From Nannocystis bainbridge (GTDB taxonomy: Bacteria; Myxococcota_A; Polyangia; Nannocystales; Nannocystaceae): 64,000 nucleotides of DNA. Under the pieces are notes generated by a model, which searched no databases, had not been told where the DNA came from, and was given only the letters and a program-made list of their open reading frames with translations. The stretch is taken from contig NZ_JAQNDL010000001.1 of the NCBI RefSeq assembly GCF_028368995.1, positions 2,496,001 through 2,560,000 of the forward strand, written 5' to 3'. Below are positions 29,244 through 39,769 of this stretch, piece after piece. The first letter of the stretch is position 1, and each line of letters starts with the position of its first letter. A program made the translations under genes and the position numbers.

Positions 29244-29953
29244 CTCTGCTCCTGACCTGCCCCGACGACCCTGTCGAAGGGGACATCTTCGTCCCAGCCG
29301 GCGACGATCGCCACCGACGCGCTGGCGCCGAGGCGCGACGCCCCGGCGGCCAGCATGGCCCTCGCGGTCGCGGCGTCGGCGATCCCGCCGCTGGCCTTGA
29401 CCCCCACGTCCGGGCCGACGGCCGCGCGCATGCGCTGGACCGCCGCGACCGTCGCTCCGCCCGGGCCGAAGCCGGTCGAGGTCTTCACGAACCGCGCCCC
29501 CGCGGCCACGCTGAGGCGGCACGCGACGTCGATCTCGTGCGGCTCCAGCAGCGCCGTCTCGAGGATCACCTTCGTCAGGTGGGCCCCGTCGCCCGCGCGC
29601 ACCACTCCCTGGATGTCCGAAAGGACAGCCGCTTCATCGCCGTCGCGCAGGGCTCCGAGCGCGATCACCATGTCGAGCTCCTCGGCCCCGTCGGCCAGCG
29701 CCTGCGCCGCCTCGGCCGCCTTGATCGCCGGCGAGTTGGCGCCGAGCGGGAAGCCGATCACCGTGCACACCTTCGCGCCCGCGCCCAGCGACGCCAGCGT
29801 GCGGCGGGCCAGCGCGACCCGGCTCGGCTGCACGCATACGCTGAAGAACCCGCCCTCGGCGGCCTCGCGGCACAGCTGCTCGACCTGCGCCGCGGTCGCG
29901 GTCGCGCGCAGCAGCGTGTGGTCGATGTGCGCGGCCAGCTCGGCGCGGCGCAT
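29240..29953 (-). CDS. deoC: Deoxyribose-phosphate aldolase
   Basis: IDHTLL, VCTVIGFPLG, ELDMVI, KVILET, FVKTSTGF, VKASGGI and RLGAS motifs. Confidence 0.96.
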   Translation of the reverse strand: MRRAELAAHIDHTLLRATATAAQVEQLCREAAEGGFFSVCVQPSRVALARRTLASLGAGAKVCTVIGFPLGANSPAIKAAEAAQALADGAEELDMVIALGALRDGDEAAVLSDIQGVVRAGDGAHLTKVILETALLEPHEIDVACRLSVAAGARFVKTSTGFGPGGATVAAVQRMRAAVGPDVGVKASGGIADAATARAMLAAGASRLGASASVAIVAGWDEDVPFDRVVGAGQEQR

Positions 29954-29958
29954 GGGCC

Positions 29959-30357
29959 TCAATCCAGGCACTGACGCAGCTCGTTGGCGATGTCGTTCGG
30001 CAGGTCGGGGCAGTCCTCGATGTCGTCGAGGGCATCGACGCCGCAGCCGAGGCGCGCGAGGTCGGTGCAGGTCTTGCCGTTGAGGCAGCCCGCGAGGCGG
30101 TTGTTGGCCGCGGTGAGGCAGTCGAGCTGGGCCTCGTAGTTGCCCTCGGCGTTCTTGAACAGCGCCTCGACGCACGCCTGCTCGCCCGCGGTGGGGGGCG
30201 CGTCCTCGCGGCACTCCTCTTCGTTGGGGGTGCAGCCGCACTCGGCCAGCTCCTTGGCGACCAGGGACTCGTTGAAGTCGTCGACGTGCGGACCGACCCC
30301 GCAACCCGCGGCGAAAGCGACCAACAAGGACACGATGGGCATCGAGAGGCGCTTCAT
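29959..30357 (-). CDS. Small Cys-rich lipoprotein
   Basis: FAAGC lipobox; several further Cys; AGGAG upstream. Confidence 0.75.
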   Translation of the reverse strand: MKRLSMPIVSLLVAFAAGCGVGPHVDDFNESLVAKELAECGCTPNEEECREDAPPTAGEQACVEALFKNAEGNYEAQLDCLTAANNRLAGCLNGKTCTDLARLGCGVDALDDIEDCPDLPNDIANELRQCLD

Positions 30358-30477
30358 GGGCAATTCGCTCCTGCGGCCGAGGCGGCCGGCGGGGCGGACC
30401 ATAACAGCCGGGACCGCGCGCCACAACCGCGTTATCTCCCCGAGGAGCGGCGCGGACTGGTACATTGCGCGCACGTG

Positions 30478-30882
30478 ATGGTCGCGCGCTGGTTCTGGTC
30501 CTTCGCCTTCACCCAGCTGGTGGAAGTGCCGATCTACCTGCGAGCGCTGGGCGGACCCGACCAGGCGCCGAGGCTCTCGCGGCCGCAGCGGTTGGGGCTC
30601 GGATTCCTCGCCTCGGCGCTGACGCACCCCTACGTGTGGTTCGTGTTCTTCGGGGTGTTCTACTCGCGCGCCTACGAAGATCTCGGCTACCACTGGCCGT
30701 TCGTCACCGCCCACCGCTACACCATCTACTTCATCGTCGCCGAGACCTTCGCCGTGGTCGTCGAGGCCCTGCTGCTGCGCGGCTGCGGCCTCCGCCGCGC
30801 CTTCTTGTGGGCCCTGCTCGCCAACGCCACCAGCGCCGGCCTCGGCTTCTTCAGCCGCCACTTCCTCGGCTGGCCCGGATGA
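30478..30882 (+). CDS. Hypothetical membrane protein (possible GTG start at 30475)
   Basis: FTQLVEVPIY, ASALTHPYVWF, ETFAVVVEA, ALLANATS; several hydrophobic helices. Confidence 0.75.
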   Translation: MVARWFWSFAFTQLVEVPIYLRALGGPDQAPRLSRPQRLGLGFLASALTHPYVWFVFFGVFYSRAYEDLGYHWPFVTAHRYTIYFIVAETFAVVVEALLLRGCGLRRAFLWALLANATSAGLGFFSRHFLGWPG

Positions 30883-30884
30883 CA

Positions 30885-30954
30885 TGCGCAAAAGGACAGG
30901 TCCACAAGGACCTGTCCTTCACGGCATGCCCTTCGGGTCATGCCCGAAGGGTCA
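30885..30954. repeat. Five-unit 14-bp-phased array between convergent genes
   Basis: Units at 30885, 30899, 30913, 30927 and 30941 fill the intergenic gap from stop to stop. Confidence 0.88.
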
Positions 30955-31932
30955 TCAATAACGGCGGGCCGGCGGCGGCGGGGCGTACTGGTTGTGGCGC
31001 TCGCTGCTGGCCGGGAACGGCCGCGGGTCGTGCGGCGGCGGCGGCGAGACGTAGGGATCGACGATGACGCCGCGGGCGCGCAGGTTCTCGGCGCTGTCGT
31101 AGTAGACCGTCATCATCACGTCGGGCCGGCGCTTGGCGCGGCGCTCGAACGTCACCTCGCGCACCGAGCTGTGGGTCGTCTCGCCGTACTGCGTGCCGAG
31201 CCGCGCGCTACGGCCGTCGTCGAGCGCCTGCTCCTGGGCGTAGCCGCCGCTCGGGGGCGCCGACGCGGCCCGCTTGGCCGCCGGCGCGTCGGCCGGCGCC
31301 GGCGCCGGTCGGACCTCGGCCGCGCCCGCGCGGCTGCTGGTGTCGTAGTCGCCGTAGAACGGCTCGTAGTAGGGCCGCGTGGCGATCGGCGCCGGCGGGG
31401 TCCGCGGCCGGCGCGGCTGGTGCTCCTTGAACACCGCCACCCCGATCACGCCGACGTGCTGCGGCGTGCCCCAGCGCCCCGAATAGCTGTTGCCGACGTC
31501 GGTGAAGCGGAACGCCGCCACGTGGTCCAGCGACTGACGGAAGCCCTCGATCAGCACCGAGCCGTAGGGCTCGAGCACGTAGCCGCGCTGGGTCTTGTAG
31601 TTGCCGAGCTGGCCGCTCACCACGTCGCGCCCGTCGACCGTCACCACCGCCTCGACGCGCTCGCCCGAGTTGTTGCGGACGCGGATGTTGTAGCGCTCGC
31701 CCATCTGCCCGGCGACGAACATCGAGCCGCGGTGCTGATAGGTCGGCAGCGTCCCGCCGTACCCGCTCTCGATCGAGAGCGACACCTCCTGGCCCCACGG
31801 CGGCGCCACCATCTGCCCCGAATCGCCCCACGGCCGGTGGGCCTCGGCGACGCCTGGTCCGCAGGCGAACACCGCCGTGCCGAGGAGAAGGGTCGCGATC
31901 AGGCCGAAGGACTTGATAGTGGGTCGTCGCAT
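30955..31932 (-). CDS. Exported hypothetical protein
   Basis: Signal peptide; GERYNIRVRN...VVTVDGRDV..G...GYVL.PY..V.IEGFRQS...VAAFRF...VGVIGVAVFKE globular domain. Confidence 0.8.
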   Translation of the reverse strand: MRRPTIKSFGLIATLLLGTAVFACGPGVAEAHRPWGDSGQMVAPPWGQEVSLSIESGYGGTLPTYQHRGSMFVAGQMGERYNIRVRNNSGERVEAVVTVDGRDVVSGQLGNYKTQRGYVLEPYGSVLIEGFRQSLDHVAAFRFTDVGNSYSGRWGTPQHVGVIGVAVFKEHQPRRPRTPPAPIATRPYYEPFYGDYDTSSRAGAAEVRPAPAPADAPAAKRAASAPPSGGYAQEQALDDGRSARLGTQYGETTHSSVREVTFERRAKRRPDVMMTVYYDSAENLRARGVIVDPYVSPPPPHDPRPFPASSERHNQYAPPPPARRY

Positions 31933-32104
31933 GTCGTCTGTCTCCGCAGGCCCCGAACGCCGCCGGGGCCCGAACGGGCCGTTCTCCGGCCCTCGCGCCC
32001 CGAACGCCCCCCTCCCCGCGCCGCTTACAGCCCGGCCCCTCCGTGAAGATCGTCACGCCTCCGGCCCCCGGGTCGCGAGCGCCCGCGCGCTACCCTTCGC
32101 AGCC

Positions 32105-33475
32105 GTGCCGCTCCGCCGCTCCGCCCTCGCTGTCGCGCTCGCCTTCGGCCTGTCTCTCGGGACAGCTTGCAAGGGCCGCCCGTCCGCCGGGCCCGATCCC
32201 GGCGCCGCGCAGGTCGCCATGGGCTCGTGGCCGGAGTGGCTCGCGCTGACCCCGCTGGTCGACGCCGCCCGCTCGCACGCCGGCCCCACCACCGTCACCG
32301 CGCTCGAGAAGGCCAGCAAGCTGCTGCGCGACGGCAAGGCCCGCAGCGCCGACGACGTGCTCGCCGCCCTGGCCGACAGCGAGGGCCGCCACTGGATCAC
32401 CGTCGCCCGCGCCGACCTGGCCGCGCTCTACTTCACCGTGTGCATCCGCGGCGTCGCCTGGCGGCTCGTCGACCTCGACATCAAGACCCCGCCGACGCGC
32501 AAGAGCGACTACAGCGAGGACACCAAGCTCGGCCCCGGCGACATCGCGGTCGAGGCGATGCTGACCAACCTCGACGCGGCGCTCACGGCCAAGGAGCCGA
32601 TCCTCCAGACCCAGGCGCGGATCGCCCGCGCGCGCGCGACCGCCTACGTGGCGCGCTGCCCGGCCTCGAAGGAGGTCGCCGAGATGGCCCAGGGCATCCT
32701 CAAGGGCGACCTCGCGGCGCTCGCCGCCGAGAACCACCTCACCCCCGACCTCGCGTTCCTGTGGGCCGGCGTGCAGATGGGCGAGTACTCCGGCGCCGCC
32801 GCCAAGCCGTTCCTGCTGCTCGCTCGCGAGGGCGGCTACGACGAGCCGACGATCGCCACCATGCTGGCCGTCATCGCCCTCGAGCAGCGCGAGTTCGCGG
32901 CCGCCGACAAGCACGCCGCCGAGGCCGAGGCCAACTACAAGAAGCTCGGCGACGTCGACCAGCAGGCCCAGGCGCTGTTCCTCCGCGGCGAGGTCGCGCG
33001 CAACAAGGGCGACCTCAAGGCCGCGCGCGGCTTCTACGAGGCCGCGCGCAAGCTCGACGGCGCCCACCTGCCGTCGCTGCTCGGGCTCACGCGCATGACC
33101 CTCGCCGCCGACGGCCAGAGCGCGGCGATCCGCCAGCTCCAGGCCGCCTTCCCGTCGATCCTCCTCGAGGGCCCGCTCGTCACCGACAAGCTCGAGCGCG
33201 CGCTCGACAACCTCGAGGCCTACGTCACCCTGCCGGCCGAGAACGACCTCATCACCGTGTGCCGCGACGCCCTCCTCGTCGACGTCGAGCTCGAGAAGGA
33301 CCTCATGCGCCGCGGCCTGCGCTACTTCTTCGCCGCGACCATGGACGCCCGCCTGGCCGAGTACGACCACGCCCGCTCGCACGCGGTGCTCGCCCGCGAC
33401 GAGTTCGAGGGCGCCAAGATCCCGCCGCCGATCGACATCAACGCCTTCATCGAGCGGCTCGACCGCGTGCACTGA
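32105..33475 (+). CDS. TPR-containing lipoprotein
   Basis: GTG after TACCCT; LGTAC lipobox; TPR-like ALFLRGEVARNKGDLKAARGFYEAA. Confidence 0.78.
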   Translation: MPLRRSALAVALAFGLSLGTACKGRPSAGPDPGAAQVAMGSWPEWLALTPLVDAARSHAGPTTVTALEKASKLLRDGKARSADDVLAALADSEGRHWITVARADLAALYFTVCIRGVAWRLVDLDIKTPPTRKSDYSEDTKLGPGDIAVEAMLTNLDAALTAKEPILQTQARIARARATAYVARCPASKEVAEMAQGILKGDLAALAAENHLTPDLAFLWAGVQMGEYSGAAAKPFLLLAREGGYDEPTIATMLAVIALEQREFAAADKHAAEAEANYKKLGDVDQQAQALFLRGEVARNKGDLKAARGFYEAARKLDGAHLPSLLGLTRMTLAADGQSAAIRQLQAAFPSILLEGPLVTDKLERALDNLEAYVTLPAENDLITVCRDALLVDVELEKDLMRRGLRYFFAATMDARLAEYDHARSHAVLARDEFEGAKIPPPIDINAFIERLDRVH

Positions 33476-33514
33476 CGGGAATGCGCCGCCGGGATCGTGT
33501 GTAACCCTCGGCAT

Positions 33515-34090
33515 ATGCGAACACCCGCGGCCGTCCTCTCGCTCACCCTCCTCGCCGCTTGCGGCGGAGATGACGACGAACCCTTCGTCCAGCCCGAGGT
33601 CCTCACCGACCAGAGCGGCGCGGTGTTCGGCTGGGAGTGCGACGAAGCCATGAAGTGCCGGCTGAGCCGGCTGGAGGACTCGCCGCCGGCCCCGGTCGAG
33701 GACTGCGGGCCGGAGCTCGAGCCCACCTTCAGCTATTCGTGGGGCCACCTGATCGAGCTGTCGGCGGTGTGCGCCGACTCGAAAGGCTGGGTCAGCTTCC
33801 CGCGGCTCGGCCGACTCGTCGTCTGCGAGGCCGACGGCGACTGCCCCGTCATCGGCAACGACGCCTACGAATGCAACGCCGGCTATTGCAAGAACTCCGC
33901 CCAGGCCGAGTTGTTCGACGACCTGCCCAATCGCTGGGCGATGGAGCAGATCTGCCTCGGCGACACCCCGCGTTACGAGCCCTACGAGGCCTCGCCCGAG
34001 CTCGCCGCCGCGATCGACGAGGCCTGCCCTGGCGGGTCCGACGACCCGTGCCTCAGCCTGCCCGCGGGCTGCCGCGACCCACGGGGCTGA
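33515..34090 (+). CDS. Cys-rich lipoprotein (paralog A)
   Basis: LLAAC lipobox; LTDQSGAVFGWEC...VVCEADGDCP...ECNAGYC...C.SLPAGCRDPRG. Confidence 0.82.
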   Translation: MRTPAAVLSLTLLAACGGDDDEPFVQPEVLTDQSGAVFGWECDEAMKCRLSRLEDSPPAPVEDCGPELEPTFSYSWGHLIELSAVCADSKGWVSFPRLGRLVVCEADGDCPVIGNDAYECNAGYCKNSAQAELFDDLPNRWAMEQICLGDTPRYEPYEASPELAAAIDEACPGGSDDPCLSLPAGCRDPRG

Positions 34091-34163
34091 AGGCGCTCGC
34101 CCGCTGATTCCCGGCGCCCCGGCGCCCGCCTGCACCTCGCCGCGCCCGTGTTAGGATGCGGCC

Positions 34164-34757
34164 ATGCGACGTCTCGCGGTCCTCCCGCTGCTCGCGGCCG
34201 CCTGCATCATCGGCGAAGATCCGGTCGAGGAGCTCAACCCGAAGCGGCTCACCGATCAGAGCGGCGCCGTGTTCGGCTGGGACTGCACGCAATACACCGG
34301 CTGCGAGGTGCGGCGGATCTCCGGCTCCGCCCCCTTGCCCGCTTGCGACCGCGACTACGATCCCTGGTACGGCTACTCGTGGTCGCGCTTCATCTCGATC
34401 GACGGCGCCTGCGTGATCCCGGGCGGCTACGGCGCGTAGGAGTTCGTCGACGAGTGGAGCCGCATGATCGTGTGCGAGGCCGACACCGACTGTCCGCAGC
34501 TCAACTTCTTCGTCGAGCCCGACGCGTTCGAGTGCCGCGCCGGCTACTGTCAGAGCACCAACCTCGCCGCCTATCCGGTCAACGAGCTGCCGCGCCGCTT
34601 CGAGATGATCGACCTGTGCCTCGGCGACGTCGCCCGCGAGGACGGCTGGGACGAGGACGAGACCTTCTGGGCCGCCCTCGACGAGGCCTGCCCGGCCGAC
34701 GACCCGCGCGAGCCCTGCGTGTCGCTGCCGCCCGGCTGCCCCGACACCCGCGGGTGA
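34164..34757 (+). pseudogene. Cys-rich lipoprotein (paralog B) interrupted by an in-frame TAG at 34437-34439
   Basis: ORFs 34164-34439 and 34464-34757 are in the same frame and together align end to end with paralog A. Confidence 0.85.
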
Positions 34758-34773
34758 GGACCGCCGGCGGGCG

Positions 34774-34843
34774 TGCCCGAACGAACATGCTCGAACGGAC
34801 ATGCCCCAGCGCGCATGTCCCGATGAACATGCTGCGAAGGACA
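34774..34843. repeat. Five-unit 14-bp-phased array between convergent genes
   Basis: Units at 34774, 34788, 34802, 34816 and 34830. Confidence 0.85.
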
Positions 34844-34862
34844 GGCTCGGCTCGCCCGCGGC

Positions 34863-35696
34863 TCAGGCGATGAGGCCCGAGCGCGCGTCTTCGGGCAGGT
34901 GCTCGAGCGCCGACGACAGCTGCTCGTGCACCGCCGCCGCGATCTTCTTGAGCAGCGCCTGCGCCTGATCCTTGTTGCCGCCGGCGTCGATGAACGCGTC
35001 GTACTCCACGCGGGCGAACTCCAGCATCACCACCGGACCTGGCTGAAGGGACAGCAGCGGCCACGAGTAGCGCTCGACCGAGTGCTCGGCGTTGGGCGAC
35101 AGCCGCCAGCGGTTGGCCAGCATGAAGCGGTCGTGGCCCTCGAGCGCCGCGGCCAGCGGCCCGCCGAGCTTGGCGATCACCGCGTCGCGGCTGGTCAGCA
35201 GCCGGTGCTGCAGCTTGAACGCCTCGAGCCGCTCGCGGCGGTCGTGCGGCGGGTAGCGCGGGTCGTCGCGGCGGAACGCCAGCCACGACAGGAACTCGTG
35301 GTTGTGGCGCCACGCCAGCCGCTGCGCCTCGATCTCGGCCACCAGCTTGGCGATGCGGTTCGAGTGGCGCCGCTTCAGCGACACGCCGGTCTCCGTCATC
35401 ATCTCGCGGATCTCCCGCGAGAACAGCGACAGCGAGGTGTGGCTGCGGGCCTCGTCGATCGCCTCGAGCGCCAGCCCGACGCCGAGGCCGACGTGGGCCG
35501 CGATCTGGATCGTCGTCACCACGATCCGCTCGTACAGGATCGGCATCACCTGCTTGAGCTCGTCCTGCGCGACCGTGCGCGCCTTCTCCAGCGCCTCCTG
35601 CTTGGCCGCGGTCAAGCTGCGGCGGAGCTCCGCCACAGTGGGGTCGTACGCCGGATTGTCCGCGTGCGCGAGGAAGACTTCCTTCGCAGGAGCCAT
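34863..35696 (-). CDS. Hypothetical protein (helical, cytoplasmic)
   Basis: 277-aa ORF with strong GC3 bias and protein-like composition; no motif recognised. Confidence 0.75.
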   Translation of the reverse strand: MAPAKEVFLAHADNPAYDPTVAELRRSLTAAKQEALEKARTVAQDELKQVMPILYERIVVTTIQIAAHVGLGVGLALEAIDEARSHTSLSLFSREIREMMTETGVSLKRRHSNRIAKLVAEIEAQRLAWRHNHEFLSWLAFRRDDPRYPPHDRRERLEAFKLQHRLLTSRDAVIAKLGGPLAAALEGHDRFMLANRWRLSPNAEHSVERYSWPLLSLQPGPVVMLEFARVEYDAFIDAGGNKDQAQALLKKIAAAVHEQLSSALEHLPEDARSGLIA

Positions 35697-35929
35697 GGGG
35701 CGCTAACAGTAAGCAACATCGCCCCGCCTGGCTATTACTTGGCGAGATCCGGCACGGATCACGGGCTGACGATGTTGCGGGCGTCCGCGCGCGGGCTCGC
35801 CCGGCCCGGGCGCCTCCCGCGGCGCTTCCGACTGTGTAAGGATGCCGCGCTGCCCTGCGTTTCCGGGGCCAGCGCCGGGCGAGACCACCCCCACCCCAGG
35901 GACGTTCCCCGCCCCGCCGGAGCCACCCA

Positions 35930-38900
35930 ATGCCGCACGCGCGACGCCTCCTCTGTTCGACCCTGTCCCTCGCGCTCGTCACCGCCTGCAACCCGCCGGC
36001 GCCAGCCGCCACCGAGGGCCCTGTCGGCCCCGGAGGTACCCCCGTCGCCCCGGCAGACCCCAAGGGCGAGCCCGTCGCCGAGCTCGTCAACGTCTCCGGA
36101 CCGACCGGCGCCCGCACCGAGGACCTGCCCGAAGGGACATTCCTCGGCCCCGGCGCCAAGCTGCGCGCCGGCCAGGTCCTCGTCGTCCCGCGCGGCACCA
36201 TCGTCGAGCTCCGCCTCGACGGCGGCACTGTGCTGCGGATCAACGAGGACACGCGCCTCACCCTCCCCGACGGCCCCCACGCCCGCGCCGTCAGCCTCGA
36301 CCGCGGCGAGCTCGTCGCCATCGTCGCCGCCGACCAGCCCCCGCTGGCCCTGCGCGCCGGCGCCGACACCCTCGACGTCTCGTCCGGCGAGGCCCGCGTG
36401 CTCGCCCGCGGCGACCATCACAGCTACGACGTGGTCTATGGGTCCGCCCGCCTGCGCACCGCCGGCCAGGACGTCCCGCTCGGCCCTGGCGCCCACGTCG
36501 ACACCCCGCTCGCCCCGCAGCAGCCGGTCCAGCCCGAGATCAGCATGCGCCCGCTCGAGGACACCGCCTGGTCGCGCGCCTTCGAGGTCGCCGCGCGCAT
36601 GGCCGACTCCGTGCCCGCCGGCGTCGGCAGCTTGACCGCGCGCCGGGCCGGCACCCAGACCGAGCTTTACAAGCTCGCGCTCGTCGATCAAAAGGTGAAC
36701 GTCGCCATCTCCGGCCGGATCGCCCGCACCGAGATCGAGCAGACGTTTTACAACGAGGCCGCGGAGGTGCTCGAGGGCACCTACCGGTTCCCGCTGCCGG
36801 CCGACGCCTCGATCTCCGGCCTCCAGTTGCTCGTCGGCAACACCTGGATGACCGCCGAGATGCTGGAGAAGGAGCGCGCCCGCGAGATCTTCCGCCAGAT
36901 CGTCGACGCCACCATCCCGCGCGACCCGGCCCTGCTCGAGTGGGAGCGCGGCAACATCTTCAAGCTCAAGATCTTCCCGATCCCCGGCCGTGGCGAGCGC
37001 AAGATCCGTCTCAGCTACACCCAGGTGCTCCCGGTCGTCGGCGACGACCTGCGCTACCGCTACCCGATGACCGGCGCCAGCAGCGGCGCCAGCGGCACCG
37101 AGATCGAGAACTTCGCCTTCTCGATCGCCGTCGACAAGTCCGAGCTGCCCGCCACCGGCGAGCTCGTCACGCCGATGGCCGCGCTGCAGCGGCGCGACCT
37201 CGGCGATCGCGTCGAGCTGACCACCAAGTCGCAGCGGTTCCGCCCCGTCCACGACCTCGGCGTCGACATCCCGCTGCCCGCGGGCGAGCGTCGCGTCCAC
37301 ACCGAGACCCACCTCGACCGCGACGGCCAGGCCTACTTCATGCTGGCCTTCAAGCCCGACCTCAAGCTCGCCGCCAGCGATCGCCCGCGCCACGTCGCCT
37401 TCGTCCTCGACCGCAGCCACAGCACCACCCCCGACCTGTGGACCGTCGCGCGCAGCCTCGTGCAGTCGACCGCCGCCACCTTGCGCGACGGCGACCGCAT
37501 GACCGTGCTCGCCTGCGACGCCGCCTGCGACGTCGCCCCCGGCGGCCTCGGCCCGGCGACTGGCGCTCACCTCGCCGACGCCGAGCGCTTCCTCGACACC
37601 CAGACCCTCGCCGGCGCCAGCGACATCGGCGGCATGATGCGCGCCGCCGCCGGGGCCCTCGGCTCCGCCTCGGCTGACCCAAGGGCCAGCCAGGCCGAGC
37701 GCGTCATCATCTACCTCGGCGACGGCAGCCCCAGCGCCGGCGCCCTCGCCCCCGACGAGCTGCTCCGCGACGTCGAGCGCCCGCTGCAGGGCACCCGCGT
37801 CCAGGCCGTCGCGCTCGGCGCCCGCTCCGACCTCACCGTCCTGGCCGCGCTCGCGCGCAAGACCGGCGGCGACCTCCTGCGCGCCGACGCCAAGGACGAC
37901 CTCCGCGGCCTCGCGCGCGAGCTCGGCGTGCGCGCGGCCCTCCCGGTCGCCCGCAACGTCGACCTCTCTCTGCCGCAGGGCATGGTCTACGCCCACCCCG
38001 AGCAGATCGCCGGCATCCGCCCCGGTGAGACCATCACCCTCGTCGGCAAGCTCAGCCAGCCCGTCCACGGCCCGCTGACGATCCAGGCCACCGGTCCCGA
38101 CGGACATGTCGTTTCGGACAGCATCCAGGTCGACCTCGAGGCCGTGCCGGGCCCCGACGCCTCGCGCCGGGCCCACCTCCCGCGCACCTGGGCGCGCGAG
38201 GAGATCGAGGCCCTCACCGCCGATCGCGGTCACGCCGCGCGGGCCGAGATCATCGACCTCTCGCGCCAGTACACCGTGCTGTCGCGCTACACCGCGCTGC
38301 TCGTGCTCGAGAACGACGCCATGTTCCGCGAGTTCAACGTCGTGCGTCAGTCCGGGCGCACCACCGGCTGGAACGGCGCGATCGAGCCTGGCAAGGCCGA
38401 CCCCAAGGCTCCGGCCGGCGGCGTCCCGGTGACCACCGCGCCCGCCCCCGCCCCCGTGCAACCTGCTCCGAAGGACAGCTCGCGCGCCGAGGCCCCGCCC
38501 GCAGCCGAGCCCGCCCCGCCGCCGGCCCCCTCGCCGACGCCTGACACCGCCGCCGCCTCGCGCCCCGGCCGGGGCAAGGCCGCCGAGGAGGCTCTCGACG
38601 ACGCTCTGGCCGACGCCGGCGAGAGCCGCCGCACCCGCGACAACGCCGAGAGCCAGGTCAGCGAGGCCGAGGCCCCGATCGATCTCGAAGAGGACGCTCC
38701 CGCCACCGAGAAGGCCGCCTCCACCAGGCCTCCGGCCCCCGCCCCCTCCCCCGCCAAGAAGGAGGCCGCCAAGACCAAGGGCGACGCCGCCGACAGCTGG
38801 GACGGCGACATGATCGCCGGCGGCGCCCTCGGTAGCGGCAAGGGTTACGGCCCGCGCCCGCGTGCGCCCAAACCTGTCTGGAAGGTCAGCCCCGGCGTCG

Positions 38901-39769
38901 CGCCCACCGCCGCCACCCTCGCCAAGATCGACGCCTTGCGCCGCAGCGTCGACGCCGACCCGACCAGCCGCTCCGCTCACCGCAAGTTGGTCCAGGCGGC
39001 CATCCGCGCCGGGGCCACCGACGCCTTCACCTACGCCCGCGCCTGGGCCGAGTCCGACCCCGACCACGCGCCCGCGCTGATGGCCGTCGCCGACCTGCTG
39101 GCCGCTCGCTCCGACCCCGCGGCCGCCCGCGCCTACGCCTCCGCCGCCGAGGTCAAGCCGTTCGACCGCACCATCCACCAGCAGCTCGCCCAGGCCTTCG
39201 CCAGCAAGGGCGACCTCGCCCGCAGCTGCGCCCACCGCCGCGCCCTCGTCAGCATCGACCCGGCGCGCTCGACCTACCGCGTCGAGCTCGCACGCTGCCT
39301 CTCGGGACAGGGTCAAACGGACATGGCCCGAGAGACACTCAACGCCGCCACCGCGCGCTCGACCGACCTCACCCGCGCCCTGCGCGACCTCGACCTCGGG
39401 ACCCTGCGGCCGCACGCGCCCGACCTGCCGGGCGGCGGCGACCTGCGGGCCACCCTCACGTTCACCGGCGCCGGCGACGTCGACATCGCCGTCGTCGACG
39501 CCGCCGGCCGCCGCCTCAGCGCCCTCCGCCCCGCCGACATCCTCGTCGGCGAGGGTCCGGGCGCCGAGGAGCTGCACTACCGCACCGTGCGCAAGACCCT
39601 CGCCATCGAGGTCTCGCGGATCTCCGGCCAGGGCCCCGTCACCGGCCAGCTCACCGTGTGGACCCCGAGCGTCAGCCGCACCTACCCCTTCACCCTCGAC
39701 CAGGGCAGCTTGCGCCTCGCCACCGTCGGCTACAGCCTCGATCACGGCCGCGCGTACTACTCCGAATGA
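35930..39769 (+). CDS. Large lipoprotein: FecR-like N-region, VIT domain, vWA domain, Pro-rich linker, TPR-like region
   Basis: LVTAC lipobox; LDGGTVLRINEDT (FecR-like); IARTEIEQTFYN...EGTYRFPLPADA...DPALLEW...IFPIP (VIT); FVLDRSHS (MIDAS); LSRYTALLVLE. Confidence 0.88.
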   Translation: MPHARRLLCSTLSLALVTACNPPAPAATEGPVGPGGTPVAPADPKGEPVAELVNVSGPTGARTEDLPEGTFLGPGAKLRAGQVLVVPRGTIVELRLDGGTVLRINEDTRLTLPDGPHARAVSLDRGELVAIVAADQPPLALRAGADTLDVSSGEARVLARGDHHSYDVVYGSARLRTAGQDVPLGPGAHVDTPLAPQQPVQPEISMRPLEDTAWSRAFEVAARMADSVPAGVGSLTARRAGTQTELYKLALVDQKVNVAISGRIARTEIEQTFYNEAAEVLEGTYRFPLPADASISGLQLLVGNTWMTAEMLEKERAREIFRQIVDATIPRDPALLEWERGNIFKLKIFPIPGRGERKIRLSYTQVLPVVGDDLRYRYPMTGASSGASGTEIENFAFSIAVDKSELPATGELVTPMAALQRRDLGDRVELTTKSQRFRPVHDLGVDIPLPAGERRVHTETHLDRDGQAYFMLAFKPDLKLAASDRPRHVAFVLDRSHSTTPDLWTVARSLVQSTAATLRDGDRMTVLACDAACDVAPGGLGPATGAHLADAERFLDTQTLAGASDIGGMMRAAAGALGSASADPRASQAERVIIYLGDGSPSAGALAPDELLRDVERPLQGTRVQAVALGARSDLTVLAALARKTGGDLLRADAKDDLRGLARELGVRAALPVARNVDLSLPQGMVYAHPEQIAGIRPGETITLVGKLSQPVHGPLTIQATGPDGHVVSDSIQVDLEAVPGPDASRRAHLPRTWAREEIEALTADRGHAARAEIIDLSRQYTVLSRYTALLVLENDAMFREFNVVRQSGRTTGWNGAIEPGKADPKAPAGGVPVTTAPAPAPVQPAPKDSSRAEAPPAAEPAPPPAPSPTPDTAAASRPGRGKAAEEALDDALADAGESRRTRDNAESQVSEAEAPIDLEEDAPATEKAASTRPPAPAPSPAKKEAAKTKGDAADSWDGDMIAGGALGSGKGYGPRPRAPKPVWKVSPGVAPTAATLAKIDALRRSVDADPTSRSAHRKLVQAAIRAGATDAFTYARAWAESDPDHAPALMAVADLLAARSDPAAARAYASAAEVKPFDRTIHQQLAQAFASKGDLARSCAHRRALVSIDPARSTYRVELARCLSGQGQTDMARETLNAATARSTDLTRALRDLDLGTLRPHAPDLPGGGDLRATLTFTGAGDVDIAVVDAAGRRLSALRPADILVGEGPGAEELHYRTVRKTLAIEVSRISGQGPVTGQLTVWTPSVSRTYPFTLDQGSLRLATVGYSLDHGRAYYSE

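Noticed and set aside
34437-34439. Pyrrolysine recoding of the TAG
   Set aside because: No pyl genes are in view, the protein is not a methylamine methyltransferase, and a single TGG-to-TAG change explains it.
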